Counted from the stretch's first letter, positions 1 to 12,712 are shown. The stretch: 20,000 nucleotides of DNA from Catajapyx aquilonaris (GCA_000934665.2 KZ538519.1:44725-64724), one strand, 5' to 3'. Translations and numbers: made by a program. The notes: generated by a model not told the origin, from the sequence alone.

Positions 1-3000
1 ATAGAAAAGATGGGTGGGTGGGAGGGGGGTATAAAAGCATGCCCTTGTGCTCTGGGCGAAGATCCCAAGAAGACAGTGCCAAGAAAAGAAAAGCAGCGCA
101 ATTTAGGGATGGACAAAGCCTTTGGTCCAAATGTAAGCGGACGGATGAGACAGAAGAGAAAAAGAGAGGGAAAAAAGGAAGGGGAGGAGAAAGAAAGAGA
201 AGGAAAGGAGAGAGGGAACCGTTCTTGCCATCGATTTTCGCTTCCTGGGAGGTAAAAAGAGGTCCTAAAATGAAACTGTCTCATTTTCAGATCAACTATA
301 GCAGATCCATAAAAACAGTTGCTTTCTATAGAGTAAATAGGCCCCGAGAAGAAATATTTTGTGCGCACCCACCCTGGGCTCATCAAAAATTTATAATATT
401 TATATATGGTTGGTGGATGGTTTGCTCCAGCAAAAATTTTGCGACTATAGAAAGTGTTGGGTTCAATGTGGGTGGAGGCAAAAGATGATCCGTAAAAGGA
501 TGCCATTCCTTCCCTAGGTCACGGCCCGTCACGTCGACCTCGACCTCCCTTAAATCCAGCATAAAGTCATTTATGAGTGACCCTCATCAAAATGTTAATC
601 CGAACACTTTCTTTTGTTTCTGATTCGTGAGACATTTTTTTCCATCCATGACTAAATATAAGGCTGCGGCTAATAGATTCCAGTGATAAATAACCTTTCT
701 TCTCCCGGCGATTGGAAGAGTCCAAAAGGTACACACACAAAAACCTCCTTGCTTATGTATGGGACCGTGACTTTCAAGTCGTTCATTGCATGGCAATGTG
801 CTATTTTGATAAGGGCAGGCTTCGAAGCAGACGAAAAAGTGAAGCCACACATACACACACACACACACACACACCCAAAAAATGTAGAACAAAAGACGGA
901 GTGTGCATATTTTGACAACGCCCCTCTCCGTAGTCTTCCTAAAGGCCCATTACTTTTCAAGGCCCTTTGGGTGGGCGGCGAGACTTTACCAAAATTTTTT
1001 CGCTCCTAAATGAGCCAAGTTCAGTCCCCCCCCAACTACCCCCCATGTAAATAAAAAACATGGTGCTGACCTTCGTGATCCTTATTAGCATCGCGGCCAT
1101 ATTTCTCACGTATGATAATGTTGCTGCCTTATATTTTTTTTTAAACAAGTTATATCCAACTCACTGGAATGGGTGTAAATGGTCACAAATTCGGAGCTGT
1201 CCAAACTAATTACGTGGCTGTGTGCAACAGTGTTGCAAGTGGCAATTTAATTACATTTTCGTGCGAAACATGCATACATGTATGACCCTTATCCAGAAAA
1301 TGTGAAGCGTTTTTGTCGCTGTATATAAGCCACATTAAAATGCATTGCATTATGGCCATTATTGCGATACAAATTATATATAATTGCACAATTTCAGGAT
1401 GCAGTGTGCTCTGTCACAACAGTGTGGACCGTCAATGACCTGACTGGAGCTGTCCTCTTTTTTTGTGTGTGTCTGCAACACTTGCAAATTTCACTGCACA
1501 AACCCCTATAATTAGGCCCCTGAAGTTTCATGCCGGTGGAATAATATACTCCAACCCTGGTCTCCACGGACTCGGCCAATAATTTGGACGCCAAGTGCGA
1601 CAAAAGCGGGGCGCCGCCCCCCTCCATATTGCGCACAAGTCGCTGCAACACACTGAAAATTCAATAATGGTTTTATTTATGAGGTCCCGAAAGGACGCAA
1701 ATCATCTCCTGGGGTCGATTCCTCTCTGTAGAACTGCCATGCTTTTCCTCTCCCTTCAACCCCCCTGTTAAAATCTGGCAGCGCATATATACGGCTAGAA
1801 GTGAATAACTTGTGTACGTGCTGCATAAGCTGATTTGGGAGCCAATCCCTTATCAGACGGCAGGATGTTTACTTTTCGAAGAGTGCCTTCTTCTTAGAGC
1901 TCTGTATGCATTGGCATGACTTTTTTTTCTCTCTCTTCCTCCCCCACTTCCCCTGTGACAAGTATTCTCAAAAGTTTCCTGAGGAATTACACGCAGATGC
2001 TTCCAGGCCATGGACATAAGAGTCTTCCTACAGTATCCTTTCCTCCGTATAATTTGGTGACATATCAAGCAGGCAACAAATTAAGTAGTGCCCACATTAC
2101 AGCTTTTGTATATACTGATGGTAAGTTGCTTCGTATTAAGTTATTAGTTATTTTTGAAAAAAAAAACTGATAATATTCGGTTCTGTATTAAAACACTTCC
2201 GAGCTAACACTGTAGTGGTCAACAAGGATTCTGAAATTTGTGCTCCAAAATTAATATCCGAGCCAAATGGACCAGTGAAGCAGGATGGAATCGGCTGCAG
2301 CCAATCAGGGCTCAGTTCTGCCACCAACAGAGTCCGGATCCTGGCCTTTCAGCCAATCAGAGAGCAGCTTGACAGTAAAAATGGGTCCGCTTGCTGCCAC
2401 CGAATGACAGCACCGGTTAGGGAAAAGTTGGCGTCAATTTGCAAAACAGCGCTGAACCCTCATCACGCAGAGTGACACGACATGCTAACGGAGCCTAATT
2501 AATGAGTGGTAGGAACCAAACCACATTTTATTCCATTATGACAAAAACAGTCGTTCATTATTAATGCACAGTTGCATGCTTACTTTTGCCGGCGCATTGT
2601 AATTGACAGCGATCTCCGGAGTTGTAACTCTGCGGTCTGTTACTAGGAAAACCCTGCCTACCGCACATCATAACCATTCCCATCAACAAGTTGTTAATAT
2701 TAATGAATCCAATTTTCACAATATTGCGCCCCAAATAAACGCTGCGCACAATTATTGCGTTTGGCGGCTACATTTGCACTTGCTGCTGACCACTAACATG
2801 AGACTTGTCAGATTTGATTTGTATTTTATTGGCGCGATGCGCTAAGCAAGGCGGACGGCTCATTTTGCTATATTATGCCCCAACGCCGCCCAAAAACTGG
2901 CTGCTAAAATGCTGTCAGATTTTTCACTTAGACACCGCAAAGTATTGTCAGAAATTAGACCGCAGAGAATAATGGATCTTAAAACGCGGTATAGCTTCGT

Positions 3001-6000
3001 AACCGCAACCGGGAGGGAGGTAAAAAAATAAAAAAAGAATGAAAAAAAACCACAGATTCCAATAGCCCAGGCCGGATTTCTACCTGCCTCTCGCTTTTAT
3101 GCACCGTTAAAAAAAAGCAAAAGGACAAGGTTAAAGGTAACGGAGGGCAAGTCACCTGTCCCAACATTCCTGCAAAAAAAAAAAGAGGGCTTGCTGGAAT
3201 GGAATAGGAAAATTCCACCAGGCCATTCATTTCGACGAAACGAGTTTTTCTCGGTGTTACACAAGTCCTAAAAGACAGTATTTTTTTTTCTCTCTCTCTC
3301 TAAAACCTCCCTTACCTCTCCTGGGCACGGGGCTCAGGGTCAGTAACCTGTCGGTCCAATATCCGAGAGGACCCCCCCTCTCCGTTCGTTGTAAGTGGCA
3401 AAAATGCAGAGTACGCCAAACTTGAGGTTGGTCGTCCTGGCCAACCGCCCGCCCACACCCCCCGAACTAACCCTTGTGTCTCTTCCCTCCCCGCCCCCCC
3501 TAAAATTAATATAATTTTGAGTGGTCCCCATGTAAGGCGCTGCCATGGCACAAACAAGCTGCTCCAACTTGCAGCACTAATGGAACACAGACAACACTGG
3601 CGGGGCTAATGAGCTAGTTTCCTTCAAGCCCCCCTACGCAGAAGCGTATAGTCCTATCCCCACCGAAAATGAACCCTCCCCACCCCCATGCACCTTGTAA
3701 TGTAACGTACACGGTACACGAGCGTTACAGTATCCAGACGTGGGAGGACTCTTAAAAAGAATAACACACCTCAGAAGCCAAGCGGAACACTTTTCCCGGG
3801 ACCGATTTCCTCATGAACAAGTCCATACAAAATAATAAGTAATGAAAAAAAAAATGGACAGTGGTCTCACGTAATACTTAATTGCTACTTAACTAGGACG
3901 GGAAGTGAACGGAAGGAACAATACAATCGTAATAAGGATGGGCCCCCTCTCTGCTGGATGGCTGGCACGACTTGTTCGTCCAGGTCGAAATGTGGTGACA
4001 GCATAGGATGAATTGTACTAAAATAATAGTGAATTTATATGCTGTCCATATTTATTACAACGATTCATCTATAGGAGCGTGATCATATAGTTACTAGCAG
4101 GGAACCCGTTCTTCGCACAGTGATTGATCAAGAAATGTACCGCAGATGACAGACCAAATACCATTTTGGCAGTTTGGGCAGTTTTCGGACTATTCCCTAA
4201 ATCAGCGGCATGTAAGCACTCCCAGAACTCCGGAAGTGGGCTAGGTAGCCGTGACATACTACATAAATACCAACGAACTTTCTGCTTTATATATGTAAGA
4301 TTGGTGAGAATTGCTTATGAACCTCCAATCGTGTCGACACCCACACCTCCAATTATAGCTGTTCGTTGAGGAGTATCTGCTAATAACCATGAGAAGGTCA
4401 GAACCCGCCCACTGTCACTGATCTTGGATGACATCAGTCTTGTCGACCCCCCACCTGCTTCACAGTGCGCAGGATGTTGGTTCTCCCCCCAAAAAAGCCC
4501 AACCTCCTATGTCATTTCTAGGAGGTTTCTGACACTCCCAGTTCCGTTTTGCGCTCTTTTTCAGCCGTTTGGCGACGCTTGTTCGCCAACTGTAACGCTC
4601 TTTTTGCCCCGTTGCCACCTGTGCACACACACGCACCGCCCAACATGGCGGACCCGGACCTGCAACCAGCACATGCCCCGAACCGAGCCGAACTTTTGTT
4701 TCAAAGACACCCGAGCTTTCATCTTACAGGATGGAAAGTGACAACACCATACTGAAATCCTGACATGGGGGAGAAAGTGAAAGCTTTTCAATCTTCCTCG
4801 CGACGGTCCTCTTGGGGAGGGAGAACCTGCAGCCATCTTCAAACCTTCCTCCGACACAGAAGAAACACCGCCCCTCACTTTATTCCCCAGATTATATACA
4901 GCCAGTTGTTGCAGGCATTGGGTGGGTTTGGGGGGGTAATGATGATGTTGGGCTGGGCCTGGCTCAATCTGACAGAAATTGCCTGGATGAAATAATAATC
5001 GCGGCTGAATATGATGGTTCGCCCCCTTCCCTTTTTTTTAAGGGAGGGGGGGTAGACAGCTGGGTACGAAATAGTTCCGGGGGAAAGAGAAAACACAAAT
5101 CGCACGGATTTTAAATATTTCAGCGCCAATTTCGCAAGGTTTGCTAAAACCGTGTGCGGGTGATTTGAAATGCAAGGATTCTGGGAGAGGGGAGGGGAAA
5201 GGGGGCAACATTTCCTGTCTGCATTGTCAAGTCGACTCACAGTTCTCTGGCTTCCAAAAAGGAAGGGAAAAGTGTAGAGGGGGGGGGGGGGGATGAGGAT
5301 GTGCATGAAACATTCATAACCGCCACGTTTTCCAGAGCTTGGAAAAAAAAAGAGTAAGGGGTCAAGATGGGTCTGGAGTATACCCGTTCCGTTCCGGATT
5401 GTTCCCGTGTAAACGCATATTCCGGTCGGTCCCTCTTTTGCGAGATAAACATTCAAAATGTTGGCAACCTGGTGTCCCCCCTTAATGAAGCTGGAGCCAC
5501 AATAGCCGCCCGTTGCAAACCGCAACCCACCATCAAGCATAGTCCTGCACACACACTGTCGGAAAAGGAACAGCTATCGGGCATTCCCCCACGCGCATCT
5601 TCAGAGAGGCTGGGGGGGGGGGGGGGGCANGGGGGGCAGACTCCTCTCTCTTCCCATCTCCCCCATTCCCAATTGCACCTCATACCTAGCTGTCTTTGGG
5701 AGGCAACCGCCATCCCTTCTTCTTCTTGGCTGCTTTTGGGAGGTGGAGACTTGGTCCCAAGCAAGGGCTCAGGGATAGAAGCGATCGATGGGCCACGCCC
5801 TTATTCCCAGACTCAGGGGTGGCAAAACCAACAGACTTCGCTTTCCCAAAGCAACGACTTGTCGGAAGAACAGGACACGACCTTGCAAGAAACCTGGATT
5901 TTCTTGGGTACATAATATGTAAACGGCAGCCCAAAGATCGCCGGGCAAATATTCCCAAGAGTATGGCTGGGTTGACACTGATTTTAATTATGACCAAGAA

Positions 6001-9000
6001 AAAAGGGAGCGAAGCGAGTGGATTTCTAGGCCTGCGCCCTAGAAAAATGCGAGCGAAGCGATCTATAGTCCATTTTTAAAAAAAAATTTGATCAGTACTG
6101 GGATCCATGTTTGGGTAAAATTCTGTGTAATACCCACAGTCTTTTGGAGCACCAGTGACACAGTCCTCTCCAGGGAACGGCTAAAATGACCTCCCCAACC
6201 CCCATCATTATTAGGCCATCCCCCCCTTTCCTGAGGGATGAAGTGGGAACCCGTCCCTCGATTCCTCCCAAACCCCGCCCAACCTGCCTGGACTGTGGGA
6301 CCACACGCATATCGGCAAAGTATCAATTCACCCAGCCAGTATTGATCATCGGAAGGTCGCGTGACACGTCTTCAAGTGTTGTCTCAACGGTTGGCCCCTT
6401 GCTCTATCCATTGAAGAAGTCGGGGGGAGGAGGAGGAAGGGTGGGCAAAAAAAAAAGGAGTGTTCCCGTTGAGCACTTCTTAATCACACTCCTTGGATGG
6501 GAACCGGAAGGAAGCATGCTGTTGACCCCCTTGGGCTGGCAACTCTTGGGAAAGGCGGCAACCCGACACACCCAGTGACACGAGACAAAAGGGAGCAAAG
6601 TCACTAAACTATGAATGGGAACTAATTAAATAGTTTAAAAAAAACTCCGCGATTTATACCCACAAAAAATGGTTGAGGTCATCGACTTAAATCTTACGTT
6701 ATGGAGGAACTGACCCCCCCACGAGTATGTTACACACTGCAAAATCTGTCCCCAAAAGTTGCGTCACTGGGAGAGGACCACTCCCGGAGTTTCCGACATA
6801 CACCAGACATCCAAAAGAGGCAAACAGGACATCGTCTCTCTCAGCACGGTCCCCAAGCGACTCACATCAAGGTTTTGCTGGCAGATAATGCATTTAAGAG
6901 CGAGTGTGTGTGCCGGACTAAGTGGAAGCCCTTTTGGCCTCCGCCTAATTAAATTCGCGGACTTTAGCCCTCCGCTAAAACGGGGAGGGACCAGAAACTA
7001 CCCAGAAAACCATCCCTTGACCTTCCCAATTTTTTCACCCTAAAACCCCCTGCTAAAACCCGACTTAGTTTCAACTCACCAGGGAAGCATTGATAAAACC
7101 TGACCCGATATGTTCGTGATCAATCGTGGCGATAGGCGCTCATAAATTTCCCATTGCCATGCGAATGAGGAACTTGGTCAAACAGCCTGTGACCTCCATC
7201 TAACATCTATGATTGAGTCCCAGGAGGGTACAGGAACAACAGGGGGGGGAAAAAAAGCAGTGAAAACAAAATGGCTTTGGCAATGGACAAGGGGTTGTTC
7301 ACTATGTACGAAGAGTAAATCAATTGGGGATAATATTATCCTCTGGTCTGCTGGAAAAAAAAAATGCGTGGGCCAAACTGGTGCGTATAAAAATAACCCT
7401 TGTTCGCCTACAAAATGCTAGGCTAGGGCGAATAAATTTTTTGTGACGTCACGCTTAAAATAGGCGCTATACAAACGCCACGTCACACATCGTCACGCTA
7501 CGTATCAGGAGATAAAAATAAACGTCACGTTTAACGTCACGTATATACTCAACGTGGCCTTGAGGCAACCAATCAGCTCTCAGGGTGCGTTCAGTCGCTA
7601 CTGACTGCGCATGCGCGTACAATTTTTTTTCTCCTACGCAATGGGTACCACAGTACCTTCTTATCTACATTTTTTTTTTCGACGTGACGCGCAAGGGGAG
7701 AGAGAGAGAGAGCGGCTGCTCAACTATCTGCACGTTATCCATGGTTTCTACCCATTAAGCACGGGAAATATGCCGCTCCGAGGAAGCACTAATTATTACA
7801 TCTGAATTATGAACCTTTCGGGTTCTACAACAATAACGCCTGGAATTTCCGCTGATAAAAACGGACCCACGTACACACCAAAAAAATGGGACTCTAGATT
7901 AGCTAATAGTCCTTCAGTTATTTTTGGGACGGGCTCTCTCTCCAAAAAAATATTCTGTATTTTTTTTGTTGTAGTAGTAGTCACTTGAAAATCCCAGGTC
8001 ACGTGCCCTCAGGGGGAGGTCCTTTTTGGACCACACTGCTGTATCATTAGATAAGCCTCGGGGGACTATGCCCTGCTCCTTTTTTTCTCCTCTAGTCTCT
8101 TGGCGTGTACCTTTTTTTTCTCTTCTCGTTCTTCCTTTTTTGGACTTTCTTTGTTTCTATACCGTGTATGTTGAGCATGAAATTTTTATCAGGGGTTCGC
8201 CATCTGGCTCGAAATTGAACCGAAACGAATTCTTGTGTCACTCCGCATGAATTGCGATATTGAACTGAGCTCGTAAGGTATACACTCCCCCTCAATAAAT
8301 ACCGTGCCGTGACGCAATTCGCAAAAAATGTGTTACATACTTGCTTGGTAACAAAACGCGGGTCTTTTTTTCCCCCCCAGCCCTGTAATTAAGACTGAGT
8401 CATGCACCCACCCCTCCGATCGATTAGCAATCGATCGACACAGTGTCGCAGAATCTCCATGCTGACAAAATGAATTAGAGATGTGTCACGCACCGTGCGC
8501 GCCGCAAAAACCTTGTGACACACCCTGTACCGTCCGCCGTGCTCCTCCGTAATAAACGGCGTGGCCGTGCGTAATAATTACGTGAATGGGCCGTGTGTCC
8601 TTGTGCATGTGTCATTCAGCCGAGGTCGTTGACAGTACGCATACCATTGACCCACGTCCCACACACACGCTATACGTATCCTACAGTATATCAGCGGTAC
8701 GGGCTACTACCGTGTCACGTGTGGGAGATAACAACAGCTGGCGACACTTCTTTTTTCTCTCGATCGACAGTAGGCGCATGACAACAGGTCCATGGCAACT
8801 GCATGGCGCATGGCAACTACTCACGGGCAAGTTCATGGCAACTTGACCACTCCACGGACCTTTGGAGCGCATGACAACATTGTCGATACAATGTGAGCCC
8901 AACTAACCACACTGTTATCAGTGCTCTGCAGATACCGTACACTGTATCACGTCCATGCCACAATGCAGGTGCAACTTTTGAGGTAATTGCAGTGACAGTT

Positions 9001-9051
9001 ATTTTCCACCTGGGTTCGATTCCCGGGTATTCCTGGGTATGTTGTACTCAC
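1..9051 (-). other. Long first intron of the ZSWIM-family gene (3' end outside the window)
   Basis: Begins with GTGAGT. I could not find the expected next exon (GFHLSG...-like sequence) in 1-9051. Confidence 0.7.
846..874. repeat. (CA)n microsatellite
   Basis: CACACATACACACACACACACACACACAC. Confidence 0.9.
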
Positions 9052-9511
9052 CGACTTGCAGCACTTGGTCGACGCATCCGGCTTCGAGGAGCTTGAGTCC
9101 CTTGTAGAAGGGCAGGTTCTGGTACTCGGTGGAGTTGAGCGGCACCCTGGACAGCGAGGAGTACATGCAGATGTCCCGTTCGTCCCTGGGGAAGGACCAG
9201 AAGATGATCCTCCTCTGCACGGGCTCCGGTATCCGGTCATATCTTTCCTCGATCCGCTGGAAAGGGAAGTTCTCTGCCACTATCTGGGCCGCAATGTCCA
9301 GCAGCGACTCCGGGCACTTGGTCGAGGCCGGTCCGACCGTGGCCTGTTGCGACGAGGCGGTACCGGCACCGCTGCAGCACCTCTTCTTGCTGCTACTGCC
9401 GCCATGGTGCGACCCCACGCTGCTGCTGCACCCTCCGAGAAACGGGTCTCCGCCGAAGAGTCCGATGGGCCTGCTGCTGCAGCACCTCTTGGGCAGCGCC
9501 ATAGGGCGCAT
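9052..9511 (-). CDS. ZSWIM6: Zinc finger SWIM domain protein of the ZSWIM4/5/6 family, first coding exon (gene continues beyond the window start)
   Basis: Contains [53 protein letters not shown]...[22 protein letters not shown], the conserved ZSWIM4/5/6 N-terminal BC-box/cullin-box region. Donor G|GTGAGT at 9051. Start is ATG 9511 or 9502. In an invertebrate this is probably a co-ortholog of ZSWIM4/5/6, so the symbol is approximate. Confidence 0.92.
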
Positions 9512-10000
9512 TCGGGGTCCTTTTTCCGTATATATATACACCCACACTTTGGCACACACTCACTCACGTCATTTGGGGCAAGACACTACTGTTCCCGCCC
9601 CAGAAGAGAAAACACCCCCCGTCCTTCTCTAAAAAAGCACTGGTACACTATACAAAGAGTCGGAACACAGCGCGCGCGGGCTGAGAGAGAGAGTCGACTC
9701 CGCTTCCTTCCTGCAGCGAGAGCGAGAGCGCGAGTGGGGAGCCAGCAGAGAGGCCAAACCCCGACAACCCCCCTACCGGCCCAGAGACCGACCGACCCCC
9801 GACTCCACTTTACCACTTGCCGGCCTTCCGGAGGGGATTCCCATTCGACCGGCCGGGACACGTCATTACAGAGGGTTTGGCCAGGACTACACGCCATTTT
9901 GAGTCCCTCTCACCAGGACGACGCGACGGGTGATCCGCCACCGAAAGCCGCAGGCCTAGAAAAAAATAAGGCAAAGCGAGAGGCTGTGCCCTAGTCATTT
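9512..10000 (-). promoter_or_regulatory. ZSWIM 5' UTR and proximal promoter
   Basis: GC/CpG-rich stretch with GA repeats and a YY1-type CAAAATGGCG (minus strand, 9892-9901). Composition turns AT-rich above ~10000. Confidence 0.5.
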
Positions 10001-11409
10001 TTTTAAAAAAATGGCAAGGACAGGTAAGAGGCCTTGAATGCACTGCATGTGCAATGTGCATACAGTATTATAGTACACGTAGTTCTGACTGAAACGTAGC
10101 GTATTTTATTTCATGTATTCCATATGTGCTAAAATAATACGAACGCTATTGACGTCAAAATAGTGAAGATTGCACTCATCTGCAGTAATTGCTTTACTGC
10201 AGCGTTGTAACACGATAATCCCATGGCATTTTCAGAAATTATTGCACATGCACATCCCAGCAACACATCACACCTTTGTTTTGAAATGTGAGTTATGTAA
10301 AGAAAGGTTAACTCAATGATATTAACTAATGATTTTAAGGGAACAACACCAGTTTAGGGCAAAAAGGAACAAATTTGGGGGAACTGAATCGTTTTCTTCC
10401 AACAGGTTGCCCTCTCTTTGGTTGCTTGGATAAACAATTCACAACTTTTCCTCCCCATGGACTGTCTGCATTTTTTGGGAAGTCCACCATCCTGTACGTA
10501 CACTCTACACATGTGTCACCGTTCCCACGACGACGATGCAAGAGAACTTCCTCCACATTCGATTGCCTTTCTTCTTGCTGCACAACCATCAACGTTCCCT
10601 TGAACGACCCAATCCCAAGATTAGTTCGGGTCGATCCTAGGGCGACAGAATAAAAGGAGTTCCCCCCTCAATATTTTATCAGCTCTACTAAATTTTACTA
10701 GCGAACCCCATGAATCGCCCGCATCGTTTTGATTCTCTGAAGCGACACAGTGAGTTCCTTCATTCACTCACAAGCGTTGTGAGAAAGCTGATGGGTCATG
10801 TAAGTTGTGCGTATATGTGCACATTTATGCTGCTAATGTTTCTTATATACTGAACTGGCGATTCCCAGCACAAAACGAGACGGATCCAAAATGGCCTCCT
10901 TCACTTCCTACCCCTGCACTTAACCGTGTCAATCACACGTGACGTCACAGACCCGGCTTATGCTCGCTGCGTGTCCTGAGAAGGGGGAGGGTGGGGAGGT
11001 TAGCAGTGGGGGTTGTCGCCGGGCTTCCCGTTTCTCCCTGGATGCATCCCTCGGGGGTTTGCCTGGAGAGCGGGAACAAGGGGGTAGTGTAGAGGAGGAT
11101 AAGGGAGACCGGGAGGGGAAGAGGGGCCACTCCATCCGCATAACATCTTTTGTTTATATTCTGCACATGGCATGCAAGGTGCGGCTTTCAGTCTCTGGGA
11201 AGAGGGGAAGGCAGGGACGGGGGCTAGGGGACTAGGTGGGTTGGGTAGTCATCTCGTAAACTCACTTGTCAGACCGGGTGGGGGGTGTAGTATTGGAAAC
11301 ACACCACATAACCGTTTGGGTGGGGATCAAAGGACCAGGAAGGGGAGACGACGAGGTGGATCCATCCGTTTTTTGACAGGTCGTCAATAGTTGACATTCA
11401 CCACCACCG

Positions 11410-11410
<1 letters not shown>

Positions 11411-11482
<72 letters not shown>
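11411..11482. repeat. (AAT)24 microsatellite
   Basis: Perfect trinucleotide run; it explains the poly-Y and poly-I pseudo-ORFs. Confidence 0.98.
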
Positions 11483-11483
<1 letters not shown>

Positions 11484-12706
11484 GCTATGCGAGACTTTGT
11501 CCACGGCGACTCATCACCTAGGTGCATGTAGTAGCACTTTCCTCCGCAAGACCGTGAAGGCGGTAGCGTGCAGAGAGGGAGGGGTGCGTGCCATCTGGTT
11601 GTAGCATATCGTACTACGTCCAAGTGGCGGGGCAGTGTTGCCTTTTTTTTTGCAATTGTTTGTCACGGTTTGGTTACATTACATTACATCCTCAGGTTCA
11701 TTACTATCATTAGGTAGTTTACACAGTTCATGAAGAATGCTAGTCATATGGGAATGTAAAAAAAAATGCAATCGGCTGATTGTACTGGTCAAATTGCACG
11801 TACATGAACAGTACATGCGACCTTGGTGAAATACAGTATTCTGCAGAATCAGGCGAAATAAGCGGTTTTTTTTGGGTTGCATTTTAAGATATTTAATTAC
11901 GGCGGTTTCTTACCATCTTTCTTGACATGCATTTGAAGGAATCTTCCCATCGCTGGCCTTCGGAGTGTGCATCAAAAATGGGTTCATGCATTAATGACGC
12001 ACATCAGGCGGCTTGTGTGTGTGTGTGTTTTGAAACCAATCTTAATTGCGGGATCATTCGAGACGTTTCAAGGATATGAGACTCATCATTTACAGCACGT
12101 GATAAGTGCAAAAAGTGGGTATAAAGAGAATGAGTTGCGGCAACACTGGACACAGTCGTGATTGGCCGATTTGGTGTCATGTGACCTATGCAGAAGATCA
12201 AAATTCTGGGTGGGAAATAAGGGGAGAAGGTGGGACAAAGGAGATGAAGAAGGGGGAAGAAAATTGGTTCCATGGAGCAGAACAAAGTCTCTGAAATGAA
12301 TGAGAGAGCATTCCTATGATGGGGAAAAAAAGGGGATCAATAGGAGGAGGCGCTTTCTGGTGGACGAAACACGAACACATTCCTTGTAGTGTACCTTCAG
12401 CACATATTTTCTAAAATTAAAGAGAAACAGAAGAAGCCACCTCTTTGATATGAATATTGTTTAGGTTGATAATAATTGATTAAGAAAAAAAATAAATGAT
12501 CGTGTTGCCCGCTCTCTGGACTCCCGATTAGATGGTTCCTGATTAGGTTCTTAGATGGCAGGACCCTGTTGATGCAACCAGAATAATATTTTTGGTTATT
12601 AAAAAATATATAAATTGAGAGTTCCACTGAAAGCTGGAAAAGATCCGACTGATATCATTGGAAAAGGTATCGTATTCAGAAGGGCATGGCGTACGTTGTA
12701 AAGGTC

Positions 12707-12712
12707 TTTATT
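12707..12712 (-). terminator. Candidate polyadenylation signal of POLR2E
   Basis: AATAAA on the minus strand ~75 nt after the stop codon. Confidence 0.55.

Noticed and set aside
2033..2041. U12-donor-like GTATCCTTT on the plus strand
   Set aside because: No established plus-strand gene here and no matching branch site identified; compatible with chance.
3312..3420. Minus-strand donor GAG|GTAAGG as a possible ZSWIM exon 2
   Set aside because: The upstream translation does not resemble the expected GFHLSG.../SWIM-finger continuation.
5612..5637. Long G run as a G-quadruplex
   Set aside because: Adjacent to an ambiguous base; homopolymer length is unreliable.
4875..5915. 225-aa and 182-aa ORFs
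   Set aside because: Dominated by homopolymer-derived G/P/F/K runs, with no domain motifs. The 182-aa ORF spans an N at 5630, which suggests noisy consensus sequence.
9056..9994. 312-aa plus-strand ORF (and the overlapping 167-aa ORF 9129-9632)
   Set aside because: Antisense shadow of the GC-rich ZSWIM exon and leader; no recognisable protein features.
11262..11623. Poly-Tyr and poly-Ile ORFs
   Set aside because: Translations of the (AAT)24 microsatellite.
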